From: Acidimicrobiia bacterium
GTDB lineage: Bacteria > Actinomycetota > Acidimicrobiia > IMCC26256 > JACDBD01
DNA: 64,000 nucleotides
NCBI GenBank assembly: GCA_036005605.1
Contig: DASYQJ010000251.1
Span: 1,105-65,104, forward strand
Direction of reading: 5' to 3'
Numbering within the stretch: position 1 is the stretch's first letter; each line of letters starts with the position of its first letter. This document shows positions 30,575 to 37,856 of the stretch, piece after piece. Position numbers and translations under genes: made by a program. The notes beneath the pieces are model-generated. The model saw only the letters and a list, made by a program, of their open reading frames with translations. It searched no databases and was not told the origin of the DNA.

Positions 30575-30604
30575 TTTCTGCCCGGGCGTACACTCGCCCG
30601 TCTA

Positions 30605-30679
30605 CGGGCTGTGGCGCAGCTTGGTTAGCGCGTCGGTCTGGGGGACCGAAGGTCGCGGGTTCAAATCCCGCCAGCCCGA
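30605..30679 (+). tRNA. tRNA-Pro (anticodon GGG)
   Basis: Hand-folded cloverleaf. Acceptor CGGGCTG/CAGCCCG, D stem GCGC/GCGC, anticodon stem TCGGT/ACCGA with loop CTGGGGG, variable AGGTC, T arm GCGGG-TTCAAAT-CCCGC, discriminator A. 75 nt. CCA is not encoded (sequence continues CACCA). Confidence 0.93.
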
Positions 30680-30694
30680 CACCATTTCCGCAGG

Positions 30695-30967
30695 TCACAC
30701 GGTTGGGGGCCGGCGTCGGACTCGAATCCGCGGGTGCCGCGCTGCCGAAACGCTGCCGAAAAGTCGCGCAACATGCGAGGCGTAGGCTGCGCGCTCGAAC
30801 GGCTCGCCCGCCGCCCAGCGCATCAAGCTCATAGACGCGTGCCCCGTGAGCCGCTGAGGGTCACCCGACGTAGATCGAGGGGCGCGGGTAACGTCCGCGG
30901 TCATGGCCGAGGACATGAGCGAGGACAGAATCCAAGCCCATGTGGTGTCCACAGCGATCGCTCTCAT
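30695..30967 (-). pseudogene. Possible tyrosine-integrase C-terminal remnant
   Basis: The 90-aa ORF contains ...QRLTGHASMSLMRWAAG..., resembling the LGH(A/S)S...(R)Y end of phage integrases (e.g. L5 Int QRLGHSTAGAALRYQH) but with W in place of the catalytic Y. Adjacent to the tRNA. Weak evidence. Confidence 0.2.
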
Positions 30968-31064
30968 AGTCCTGATCTGGCTTTGGGGCTACGGCCCCGT
31001 AGCGGCCATGCTCTGCGCCAGCTTCCTGTTCGTGTTTGGGTGCCTGGTCGCAAAATCCCTGTAA
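30903..31064 (+). CDS. 53-aa two-helix hydrophobic micro-protein
   Basis: MAEDMSEDRIQAHVVSTAIALIVLIWLWGYGPVAAMLCASFLFVFGCLVAKSL*. Below the ORF-track cutoff. The stop is followed 8 nt later by hairpin AGGCCC-CCGAA-GGGCCT (31073-31089). No clear SD. Confidence 0.4.
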   Translation: MAEDMSEDRIQAHVVSTAIALIVLIWLWGYGPVAAMLCASFLFVFGCLVAKSL

Positions 31065-31175
31065 GACGCGAAAGGCCCCCGAAGGGCCTGGGGACGCGTC
31101 GATCCACCGCTGACGATGGAGCAGAACTTGAGACGTAGGGTCGCGGCTCTCGTTGAAAGCCGTGGCCGAACGACT

Positions 31176-31200
31176 CGGGTTCAAATCCCGCCAGCCCGAC
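31176..31200 (+). repeat. Direct repeat of tRNA-Pro 3' end (25 nt, att-like)
   Basis: CGGGTTCAAATCCCGCCAGCCCGAC is identical to 30656-30680. No matching 5' acceptor strand upstream, so this is not a tRNA gene. Confidence 0.85.
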
Positions 31201-31269
31201 CCCTAAAGCGCAGGTCATGGTGCATCGCGCCGACGTCCGGGCGGGCACGGCAGTGCCAGTGCTCACGAA

Positions 31270-32010
31270 ATGCTCATGGGAAAGGCGCGGGAGCCCGAGG
31301 AAGAAGGGAAGTCAGGGGTGGCACGCTCCGAGCGGGAACTACAGGCGGCTGCGAGCCATGTGGGCTACGAGCTCGTCCAGCTCGCAGCGATGCCCAAAGC
31401 GCTGCGGCAGGCCGACGAGGCCGGGCAAGACCACGTCGCCAAGGCGTGCCTCGAGTCGATGTTGCTGCACGCTCGGAACCTCGTCGAGTTCCTCATCGAC
31501 AGCTCCTGGGACTCTGACGTCCGCCGGTCGGACTACGCCCCGAGGTGGTCGCCGCCGAACATCCCGGCCAAGAAGCGGCTGCAGGACGCCCGCCCGACGT
31601 TGGACCGCAACCTCTCGCACATCAGCTGGGAGCGCATCGAGGAAGGGGACACGCCGGACCACTACTACCAGCGCGTCGCCGGCGACGTGGTGGACGTCAT
31701 GGGCACGTTCGTCGAGCAGCTCAAGGCCGAAGCGAACCCGGCGGGGGATTGGTTCGACGGCGACCTTCAACAGGCTCGCATGCTGGTCTATGACGACCGG
31801 GCGGGCGGCCCTGTCGCTTCGTACAGCACGAGCGGCGCACACGGGCAGGTCACCCACACACGCTTGGCTCATGTTGCGGCCGCCGACTCTGACTCAGGGG
31901 TCGGCGGGACGGCGGGGGCGCTCGCTAGCCGAGCTCTCATCCTGCTCGTCCGTGCAATTGAGAAGCTCGTCGAGGCGCTGCGGGGGCTGCAGCACAGGGA
32001 CGGCGCCTAG
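31270..32010 (+). CDS. Hypothetical cytoplasmic helical protein (island cargo)
   Basis: 246-aa ORF with strong third-position GC bias. The likely true start is GTG 31318, preceded by GGGAAG. I recognise no motif (LLHARNLVEFL, LDRNLSHISWER noted). Confidence 0.7.
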   Translation: MLMGKAREPEEEGKSGVARSERELQAAASHVGYELVQLAAMPKALRQADEAGQDHVAKACLESMLLHARNLVEFLIDSSWDSDVRRSDYAPRWSPPNIPAKKRLQDARPTLDRNLSHISWERIEEGDTPDHYYQRVAGDVVDVMGTFVEQLKAEANPAGDWFDGDLQQARMLVYDDRAGGPVASYSTSGAHGQVTHTRLAHVAAADSDSGVGGTAGALASRALILLVRAIEKLVEALRGLQHRDGA

Positions 32011-32042
32011 CTGCCCGGGATGGTTCCCATCGGCCGTGCATA

Positions 32043-32339
32043 GTGTCGGCGCGTGGCGGCGCTGCTCAAGAAGTCGGAGAACGCAATCGCGATGGAAAGG
32101 CCTGCGATTGGATAACGGCCCACCTCATCGGGACGGCAACCGCGTGCGCTGCGCTCGGCACTTCCACGCTTGTGGTCCGGCTAATCGTCAAGGCGCCGGC
32201 TGAGTTTTACATGGCCCTACTGTGGGCCGTCCCTCTGTTCGCCGCTGTGTGGACCGTGTCGGCACTCGTTCTCTTCGCGGTGACGGGGGTCCTGCTCGCG
32301 GCCCTGTGGCTCACCGAACCGCTCGACGGGCGGCGCTAG
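32043..32339 (+). CDS. Hypothetical small membrane protein (island cargo)
   Basis: 98-aa ORF with 2-3 hydrophobic helices (FYMALLWAVPLFAAVWTVSALVLFAVTGVLLAALWL). Start codon uncertain. Confidence 0.45.
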   Translation: MSARGGAAQEVGERNRDGKACDWITAHLIGTATACAALGTSTLVVRLIVKAPAEFYMALLWAVPLFAAVWTVSALVLFAVTGVLLAALWLTEPLDGRR

Positions 32340-32509
32340 CCGAGCGCAGTGTCGAAGACGTCCTGGTGCTGCTCAAAAATCCGGTCCCGCTTCGACGCGA
32401 CCCCCGCCCCCTAGCCGGAAGGATCCCGCGGGAGCGGCGAGGAAACTGGTAGCGTCTCGCTCCATCGCGGAGGCCCGGCGCGAGCTGGGTGGAGTTCGGA
32501 GGGGCCTTT

Positions 32510-33112
32510 ATGCGGAAGTGGATCGGGGTAACGGCTGCAGCCGCGGCGATCGTCCTGTTGGCCGCGCTGCCGGCGGTTGCGGGCGTGGACGGTGGTTTCG
32601 CTCCGCTGGACGTCCACAAGGTCGTGGTCGGGCCGGTGCCGGCGGGGACGCAGTTCGTGGTGACAATCGACTGCGACGACGACATCATCTTCACCGGCAT
32701 CGGCAACCCTGTTTCCAGCGTGCAGCTCGTGTTCGACGCCCAGGGCAATCCCGTTGGTACGGGCGACACGGTGAGGTTCACCGGCAACGGCGCCTGCACG
32801 GTGACCGAGACCCAGAACGGCGGCGCGGTCAGCGTGGTCTACGAATGCGAGGGTGTGACGCCGACGCCGGCCGAAGCGAGCATCAGCGGTGGCGGACGCT
32901 TCAGCGCCCGGCTGGGCCCCGGGGTCCCGCCCCCGGTTTGCGAGAGCAGCGGCCCACAGAGCGACCCGATCACCGTGAACATCTTCAACACGGAGCAACA
33001 CGAGACGGTCACGGTCACGAACACCTTCGTGACGCCGCCGCCGTCGGAGCCCGCGGCATCGGAGCCCGCGCCGGCAGCGGCAGTCGTCGGAGCACCCCGC
33101 TTCACCGGCTAA
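32510..33112 (+). CDS. Secreted hypothetical protein, Cys-containing beta-rich domain (DUF5979-like guess)
   Basis: ATG 32510 with GGAGG 9 nt upstream. Signal peptide MRKWIGVTAAAAAIVLLAALPAVA. Paired Cys residues (TIDC...GACTVTE...YEC...VCE). VTVTNTF strand. Pro-rich tail. Confidence 0.7.
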   Translation: MRKWIGVTAAAAAIVLLAALPAVAGVDGGFAPLDVHKVVVGPVPAGTQFVVTIDCDDDIIFTGIGNPVSSVQLVFDAQGNPVGTGDTVRFTGNGACTVTETQNGGAVSVVYECEGVTPTPAEASISGGGRFSARLGPGVPPPVCESSGPQSDPITVNIFNTEQHETVTVTNTFVTPPPSEPAASEPAPAAAVVGAPRFTG

Positions 33113-33249
33113 CGGTCTACGGAAGCGCGCTCGCCGTTCCTGCTCGTCCGCTTCGCAGTTAGTTAGCGCGCTCCCGGAGCTGCGCGAGCAGCTCGTGTGC
33201 GGTCCGCCGGTTCGGCGCGCGGCGCGACGCTGCTCTGGGACGGAGGAAA

Positions 33250-33292
33250 CTGGGGGACCGAAGGTCGCGGGTTCAAATCCCGCCAGCCCGAC
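33250..33292 (+). repeat. Direct repeat of tRNA-Pro 3' part (43 nt, probable ancestral 3' end / attR)
   Basis: CTGGGGGACCGAAGGTCGCGGGTTCAAATCCCGCCAGCCCGAC is identical to 30638-30680. Here it is followed by CA, giving an encoded ...ACCA end that is absent from the intact gene. Confidence 0.88.
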
Positions 33293-33324
33293 CAACGCGA
33301 CGAACGTGCCTCGAAAGGACCGCA

Positions 33325-33627
33325 ATGTATGCAGCCGAGTTCACTCTGCACGCCAAGCCGGGTCATTACGCGGAGGTGGCTGCGCTCTACTCCGCGTTTG
33401 CGGCCGACTTCCTGTCCGATCACCCCGCCCTCGAAAGCGTCATGATCCTGGGCGACGAGGCGAGCGGCGTCGTCCGCGGCATCGGCGTGTTCACCGATCG
33501 ACCGGCCGCCGACAGCGTCAACAGCGACCCCGAGTTCGCTGCGTTCAACGACGCGGTCGCAGCGATGCTCTCGGACAGCCCGAAGCGCGTGGAACTCGAG
33601 GTGCTGCACCTGTTTACGGGGGCGTGA
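33325..33627 (+). CDS. Small dimeric alpha/beta-barrel (ABM-like) protein
   Basis: 100-aa ORF. The pattern of alternating strands and helices resembles antibiotic-biosynthesis-monooxygenase-like proteins. Assignment is tentative. Confidence 0.5.
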   Translation: MYAAEFTLHAKPGHYAEVAALYSAFAADFLSDHPALESVMILGDEASGVVRGIGVFTDRPAADSVNSDPEFAAFNDAVAAMLSDSPKRVELEVLHLFTGA

Positions 33628-33646
33628 CACGCGCTGAGCGGTCGGT

Positions 33647-34399
33647 CTACGCCGTCTCCGCATGAGGGGTGTCGACGGGCTTCGACTCGGGTGAGCCGCG
33701 CTGACGGAGCCACACCGAGAACAGCACGATCGAGCCGACGGCCAGGAACTCGCTCTGCCAGTTCTGGAACGACTCGAACCAGAACCGCGACGACTGCACG
33801 TACTCGACCGCGCTCACGCGTGACTCGCCGTGCGCCTCGCGCTCCGAGCTGAACTCCCGCGAGCCCGTGACGGCGTGCAGCCCGAGTGAGGCCAGGAACA
33901 GGAACAAGAAGACGAGGAACAGCGAGTTCTCGTAGAAGCGCAACCAAAGGCCGCCTCGGCGGACGGGCCAGGGACCGTTCCGGCGCTTGTCGGTGTCGCG
34001 GGGATCGCGGTCGAAATCCTCCGCGCCCTTCGCAGGGTCCTTCGATTCCGACGAGCCCTTCTGGATCAGGAACACGGTCAAGACCACGTACGCCGCCATC
34101 TGGAGGTACTCGCTCTCCCAGTTCTCGGTCAAGGCCTCCCAGAACGATCCGCTGGTGGCGTACTCACCGAGCGACATCTCGGGCTCACCGTGTGCTCGCT
34201 GGTCATCGTTGTGGTCGCGAAAGCCCGTGAACAGCAGACCGACGATGAAGATGGCAGCCAGCCCGAAGCACACCAGCGACAAGCTGTTGGCCCGGAAGAA
34301 CCCGGACCGGTCGGGGTTCGAAGGCTTCTCGCCCGACCGTGGCTCGGTCTTCACCATGTCGTGGGTCTTACCCGGACCGCCCGAATGCAACCACACCAA
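33647..34399 (-). CDS. Membrane protein with internal duplication (DUF6766-like)
   Basis: Two homologous halves, each F-x-NSL-x-LV...TG-x-R...AHGE...EY...FW...NW(E/Q)SE(Y/F)L...Q(K/R)GS-x-ESK. The start may be ATG 34357 (MVKTEP). Confidence 0.75.
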   Translation of the reverse strand: MVWLHSGGPGKTHDMVKTEPRSGEKPSNPDRSGFFRANSLSLVCFGLAAIFIVGLLFTGFRDHNDDQRAHGEPEMSLGEYATSGSFWEALTENWESEYLQMAAYVVLTVFLIQKGSSESKDPAKGAEDFDRDPRDTDKRRNGPWPVRRGGLWLRFYENSLFLVFLFLFLASLGLHAVTGSREFSSEREAHGESRVSAVEYVQSSRFWFESFQNWQSEFLAVGSIVLFSVWLRQRGSPESKPVDTPHAETA

Positions 34400-34434
34400 A
34401 TGTTCACCTTGCGCTCTTCCTGCGCTCCGCGGCG
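34391..34434 (+). promoter_or_regulatory. PHO-box-like array of 11-nt direct repeat units upstream of the PhoX-like gene
   Basis: CCACACCAAAT GTTCACCTTGC GCTCTTCCTGC GCTCCGCGGCG. The second unit carries the GTTCACC core of actinomycete PhoP boxes, and the others are degenerate in the same 11-nt register. Confidence 0.25.
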
Positions 34435-34498
34435 CGTCATCGGCGGGTCACTTCGGAGGGAGATCCTCCCGTCCGATCCCGACGCAGGAGGGTGAACG

Positions 34499-35929
34499 AT
34501 GGAGATGTCGCGCCGGACGTTGCTCAAGAGCTCCGCCGCCGGGCTCGGCGTGCTGGGAGCGAGCGCCATCAATGGGTTAGGGCTCGCGCTTCCTGCGCGC
34601 GCCCTCAGCGCGGCCGCCAAGAACGACGGCGGCTTCGGACCGCTCCAGCCCGACCCTGCCGGCATCCTCGACCTCCCGCAGGGGTTCAGCTACTCGATCG
34701 TCACCCAGGCGGGCCGGCCCCTCGCCGGACAGCCCGGAGGCATCGTCCCCGGCCGCCCGGACGGCACCGCGTCGTTCGACGGGCCGTGGGGTGGGGTGCT
34801 CCTCGTGAACAACCACGAACAGGGCGCGACCGCGCCCTTCCCGGCCGTCGCGGATCCCGCCTTCACCTATGACCCGGGCAGCACGGGCGGGACCACCACG
34901 ATCTTCGTCGACCGGCACAACAACGCCGCACTCGAGTACGTGAGCCTGGCCGGAACGTTCAACAACTGCGCCGGCGGGGCGACGCCATGGGGCACGTGGC
35001 TCACGTGCGAGGAGACCGAGCAGCGCGCCGCCGGCGCGATCACGAAAGATCACGGCTACGTGTTCGAGGTCGACCCGCACGATCGGGACGCGAACCGGAA
35101 CCCTCAGCCACTGACGGCGCTCGGTCGGTTCGCGCACGAGGCGGTCGCTGTCGACCCGTCGCTCGGGCACGTGTACCTCACTGAGGACGCCAACGCGCCC
35201 AACGGGCTGCTGTGCCGCTTCACGCCCGCAACACTCCCGAACCGCCGGCATTCACTCCGCGACGGCGGCCTGCTCGAGGCGATGCACGTGCCGGGCGTGA
35301 CGGACGTGTCGACGTACAGCCAGATCGGGACCGAACTGCCGGTGGAATGGAAGCCTGTCCCGGACCCGTCGGCACTCGTCAAGGGCTCCACCCGCAAGCA
35401 GTTCACGTACGTCGACCTGACGAACCGCGCCGCCCCGGTCACCGTCACGGGCGAAGGCGGCGAGATCACGCGCAGCCGGAAGTGGGAGGGCGCGTGGTGG
35501 GGGAACGGGCGCGCCTACATCGTGTGCTCGTTCGCGCGCACAACCGAGAGCGGCGACTGGAGCCTGGGCGCGCATGACGGGCAGGTCTGGTCGTACGACC
35601 CCGGGCGGTCGACGCTGCGCCTCGAGGTGTTCTTCCCGCTGAATCCCGACCCGGCGGGCGCGACCGCCGACCAACCGGACGGGCCCGACAACATCACCGT
35701 CAATCCGTGGGGCGGCCTGTTCCTCGCCGAGGACGGCCTGGGCGACCAGCACCTCGTCGCCGTCGCCGACAGCGGCGAGCCCTTCATATTCGCCCGCAAC
35801 CGGGTCAGCGGCAGCGAGTTCACCGGAGTCAACTTCTCACCCGACCGCAACACCCTGTTCGCCAACATCCAGGACGAGGGGTACGTCTTCGCGATCACCG
35901 GTCCGTTCGCGCGGCTCGGCCGTTCGTAA
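34499..35929 (+). CDS. Tat-exported PhoX-family (DUF839) phosphatase-like protein
   Basis: Twin-arginine signal MEMSRRTLLKSSAAGLGVLGASA. 476 aa, with a beta-propeller-like repeat pattern typical of DUF839/PhoX. Confidence 0.75.
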   Translation: MEMSRRTLLKSSAAGLGVLGASAINGLGLALPARALSAAAKNDGGFGPLQPDPAGILDLPQGFSYSIVTQAGRPLAGQPGGIVPGRPDGTASFDGPWGGVLLVNNHEQGATAPFPAVADPAFTYDPGSTGGTTTIFVDRHNNAALEYVSLAGTFNNCAGGATPWGTWLTCEETEQRAAGAITKDHGYVFEVDPHDRDANRNPQPLTALGRFAHEAVAVDPSLGHVYLTEDANAPNGLLCRFTPATLPNRRHSLRDGGLLEAMHVPGVTDVSTYSQIGTELPVEWKPVPDPSALVKGSTRKQFTYVDLTNRAAPVTVTGEGGEITRSRKWEGAWWGNGRAYIVCSFARTTESGDWSLGAHDGQVWSYDPGRSTLRLEVFFPLNPDPAGATADQPDGPDNITVNPWGGLFLAEDGLGDQHLVAVADSGEPFIFARNRVSGSEFTGVNFSPDRNTLFANIQDEGYVFAITGPFARLGRS

Positions 35930-35963
35930 CCGGCGCTCAGCGCTGCTCCGATAGCCTGCCGCC

Positions 35964-37505
35964 ATGGCGGCAAGGCGCTTCCCCCGTGGTGGCGTCGCGA
36001 GTCCGCACTACCTCGCGTCGACGGCCGGGCTTGCGGCGCTGGCCCGCGGCGGGAACGCGCTCGACGCCGCGATCGCGGCCAACCTCGCGCTCGGAGTCGT
36101 AGCGCCCTATCTGTGTGGTTACGGCGGCGACGTGTTCGCGATCGTCTGGGACGGCGAGCTGCACGGATATCTCGGCTCGGGCCGCTCGCCGCGTGCTGCG
36201 ACGATCGACGCAGTGCGCGATCGCACCCAGTCCGACACCATGCCGTACTTCGGTCCGCACTCCGTCACGGTGCCGGGCGCGGTTGCAGGCTGGTTCGATC
36301 TCATCGAGCGGTGGGGGACCCGGTCGTTCGGCGATCTCGCCGAGCTCGCGCTCCGCTTCGCCCGCGACGGCTTCGAGCTCACACCGACGAGCGCGGCGTT
36401 CCTCGGCGGATCTGTCGCGCTGTACGAGGGGTTCCCCGACCTGCGCGCCGCGTATCAGGACACCGAGGCGGGGCAGACGCTCCGCCAGCCCGCGCTGGCC
36501 CGGACCATCGAGACGCTCGCCGCCGACGGCCCCGATGCGTACTACCGGGGACCGATCGCGGACGCGATCGCCGAGTCGGTCCAGTCGCTCCGAGGACTGC
36601 TCAGCATCGACGACGTCGCCGCCTACGAGGGCCGGTGGGCACACCCGCTGCGGGCGCCGTACCGCGATGTCGAGATCGCCGAGCTGCCGCCGCAGACACA
36701 AGGGGTCGCCGCGCTCGAAGCGCTGCGCATCCTCGACGGGTTGACGCTCCCCGAAGACGGTCCCGAACGCCACCACCTCCTCATCGAAGCAACCAAGCTC
36801 GCGCTCCAGGACCGCAACGAGTACGTCTCCGATCCCGCAGCAATGACCGTGACGCCCGAGGAGATGCTCGCCGACGATTGGATCGACGCGCGTCGCTCTC
36901 GCATCGATCCACAGCGCGCGACCACACCGGCTCCGGGCGCGGCCCACGTCGGCGGCACGGCGTATCTGTGTGCGGCCGACGCCGACGGAATGCTCGTGAG
37001 CCTGATCCAGTCGAACTTCATGGCGTTCGGCTCCGGCGTGCACGTGCCCGAGTGGGGGATCAACCTCAACAACCGGGGCGCGTCGTTCACGCTCGACCCG
37101 ACGCAGGTGAACGCGCTCGCCCCGGCGAAGCTCCCGATGCATACGCTGATGCCGGCCATGGCGCTGCGCGACGGTGAGCCAAAGATCGTGTTCGGCACCA
37201 TGGGCGGCGATTCGCAGGCGCAGATCCAGGTGCAGCTGGTCGCGCACCTGGTCGACGACGACGCCGATCCGCAGGATGCGATCGATGCGCCGCGGTGGTA
37301 CCTCGAACCGTCCACGTGGACACTGCGAGCGGAGCCGCACTTCCCGGACAGATGGTTCGACTTCCTTCGCGCGCTCGGGCACGATCCCAAACGCACCGGG
37401 CGCATCGACACCGGCATGGGGCACGCCCACGCCATCCTGCGGACGGCCGGCGGCTATGCCGTCGCGACCGAGCCGCGCGCCGAAGGGGCAGCGCTAGGGC
37501 TCTGA
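35964..37505 (+). CDS. ggt: Gamma-glutamyltransferase family protein
   Basis: SPHYLASTAGLAALARGGNALDAAIAA N-terminus. Autoprocessing-Thr context HVGGTAYLCAAD. FGTMGGDSQ. Confidence 0.88.
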   Translation: MAARRFPRGGVASPHYLASTAGLAALARGGNALDAAIAANLALGVVAPYLCGYGGDVFAIVWDGELHGYLGSGRSPRAATIDAVRDRTQSDTMPYFGPHSVTVPGAVAGWFDLIERWGTRSFGDLAELALRFARDGFELTPTSAAFLGGSVALYEGFPDLRAAYQDTEAGQTLRQPALARTIETLAADGPDAYYRGPIADAIAESVQSLRGLLSIDDVAAYEGRWAHPLRAPYRDVEIAELPPQTQGVAALEALRILDGLTLPEDGPERHHLLIEATKLALQDRNEYVSDPAAMTVTPEEMLADDWIDARRSRIDPQRATTPAPGAAHVGGTAYLCAADADGMLVSLIQSNFMAFGSGVHVPEWGINLNNRGASFTLDPTQVNALAPAKLPMHTLMPAMALRDGEPKIVFGTMGGDSQAQIQVQLVAHLVDDDADPQDAIDAPRWYLEPSTWTLRAEPHFPDRWFDFLRALGHDPKRTGRIDTGMGHAHAILRTAGGYAVATEPRAEGAALGL

Positions 37506-37538
37506 CCAGCGGCATTACGCTGGGCCTGTGATCGCGCG

Positions 37539-37856
37539 ATGAAAGACGTCCTCGACGACATCGACCGCTGGCGAGCGAACGGGCGCCGCATCGCGGTCGC
37601 GCGCGTCGTCGGCACGGAGGGCTCCGGCCCGCGGGAGCCAGGCGCCACCATGGCCGTCAACGACGCCGGGGAAGTCGCAGGATCGGTGTCGGGAGGCTGC
37701 GTCGAGGGTGCGGTCGTGACCGAGGCGCTCAACGTGCTCGACGGCACGCGGGAGCGCGGAGTGATCACATTCGGGTATTCGGACGACGAGGCCTTCGCCG
37801 TCGGGCTGACGTGCGGCGGGACGATCCACTTGTTCGTCGAGCCCCTTGACTGGTGA
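37539..37856 (+). CDS. XdhC/CoxI family protein, N-terminal domain only
   Basis: GSVSGGCVEGAV and GLTCGGTIHLFVEP (XdhC_CoxI domain). Stops at TGA 37854-56 where homologues I recall continue. Confidence 0.7.
   Translation: MKDVLDDIDRWRANGRRIAVARVVGTEGSGPREPGATMAVNDAGEVAGSVSGGCVEGAVVTEALNVLDGTRERGVITFGYSDDEAFAVGLTCGGTIHLFVEPLDW

Larger units (their letters stand above)
30680..33292 (+). mobile_element. Two tandem degenerate integrative-element remnants at the tRNA-Pro 3' end
   Basis: Bounded and subdivided by direct repeats of the tRNA 3' part (31176-31200, 33250-33292). No intact integrase. Cargo consists of small hypothetical genes. Confidence 0.6.

Noticed and set aside
31101-31201. Possible second tRNA gene, because of the GGTTCAAATCCCGCCAGCCCGA T-arm/acceptor
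   Set aside because: There is no complementary 5' acceptor strand (CGGGCTG) and no D or anticodon arm upstream. It is a 25-nt att-type repeat, not a gene.
33113-33249. Short minus-strand reading frame ending ...RRTAHELLAQLRERAN* abutting the distal att repeat, considered as an excisionase/integrase relic
   Set aside because: It is only about 25-30 codons with no start and no diagnostic motif. It cannot be supported.
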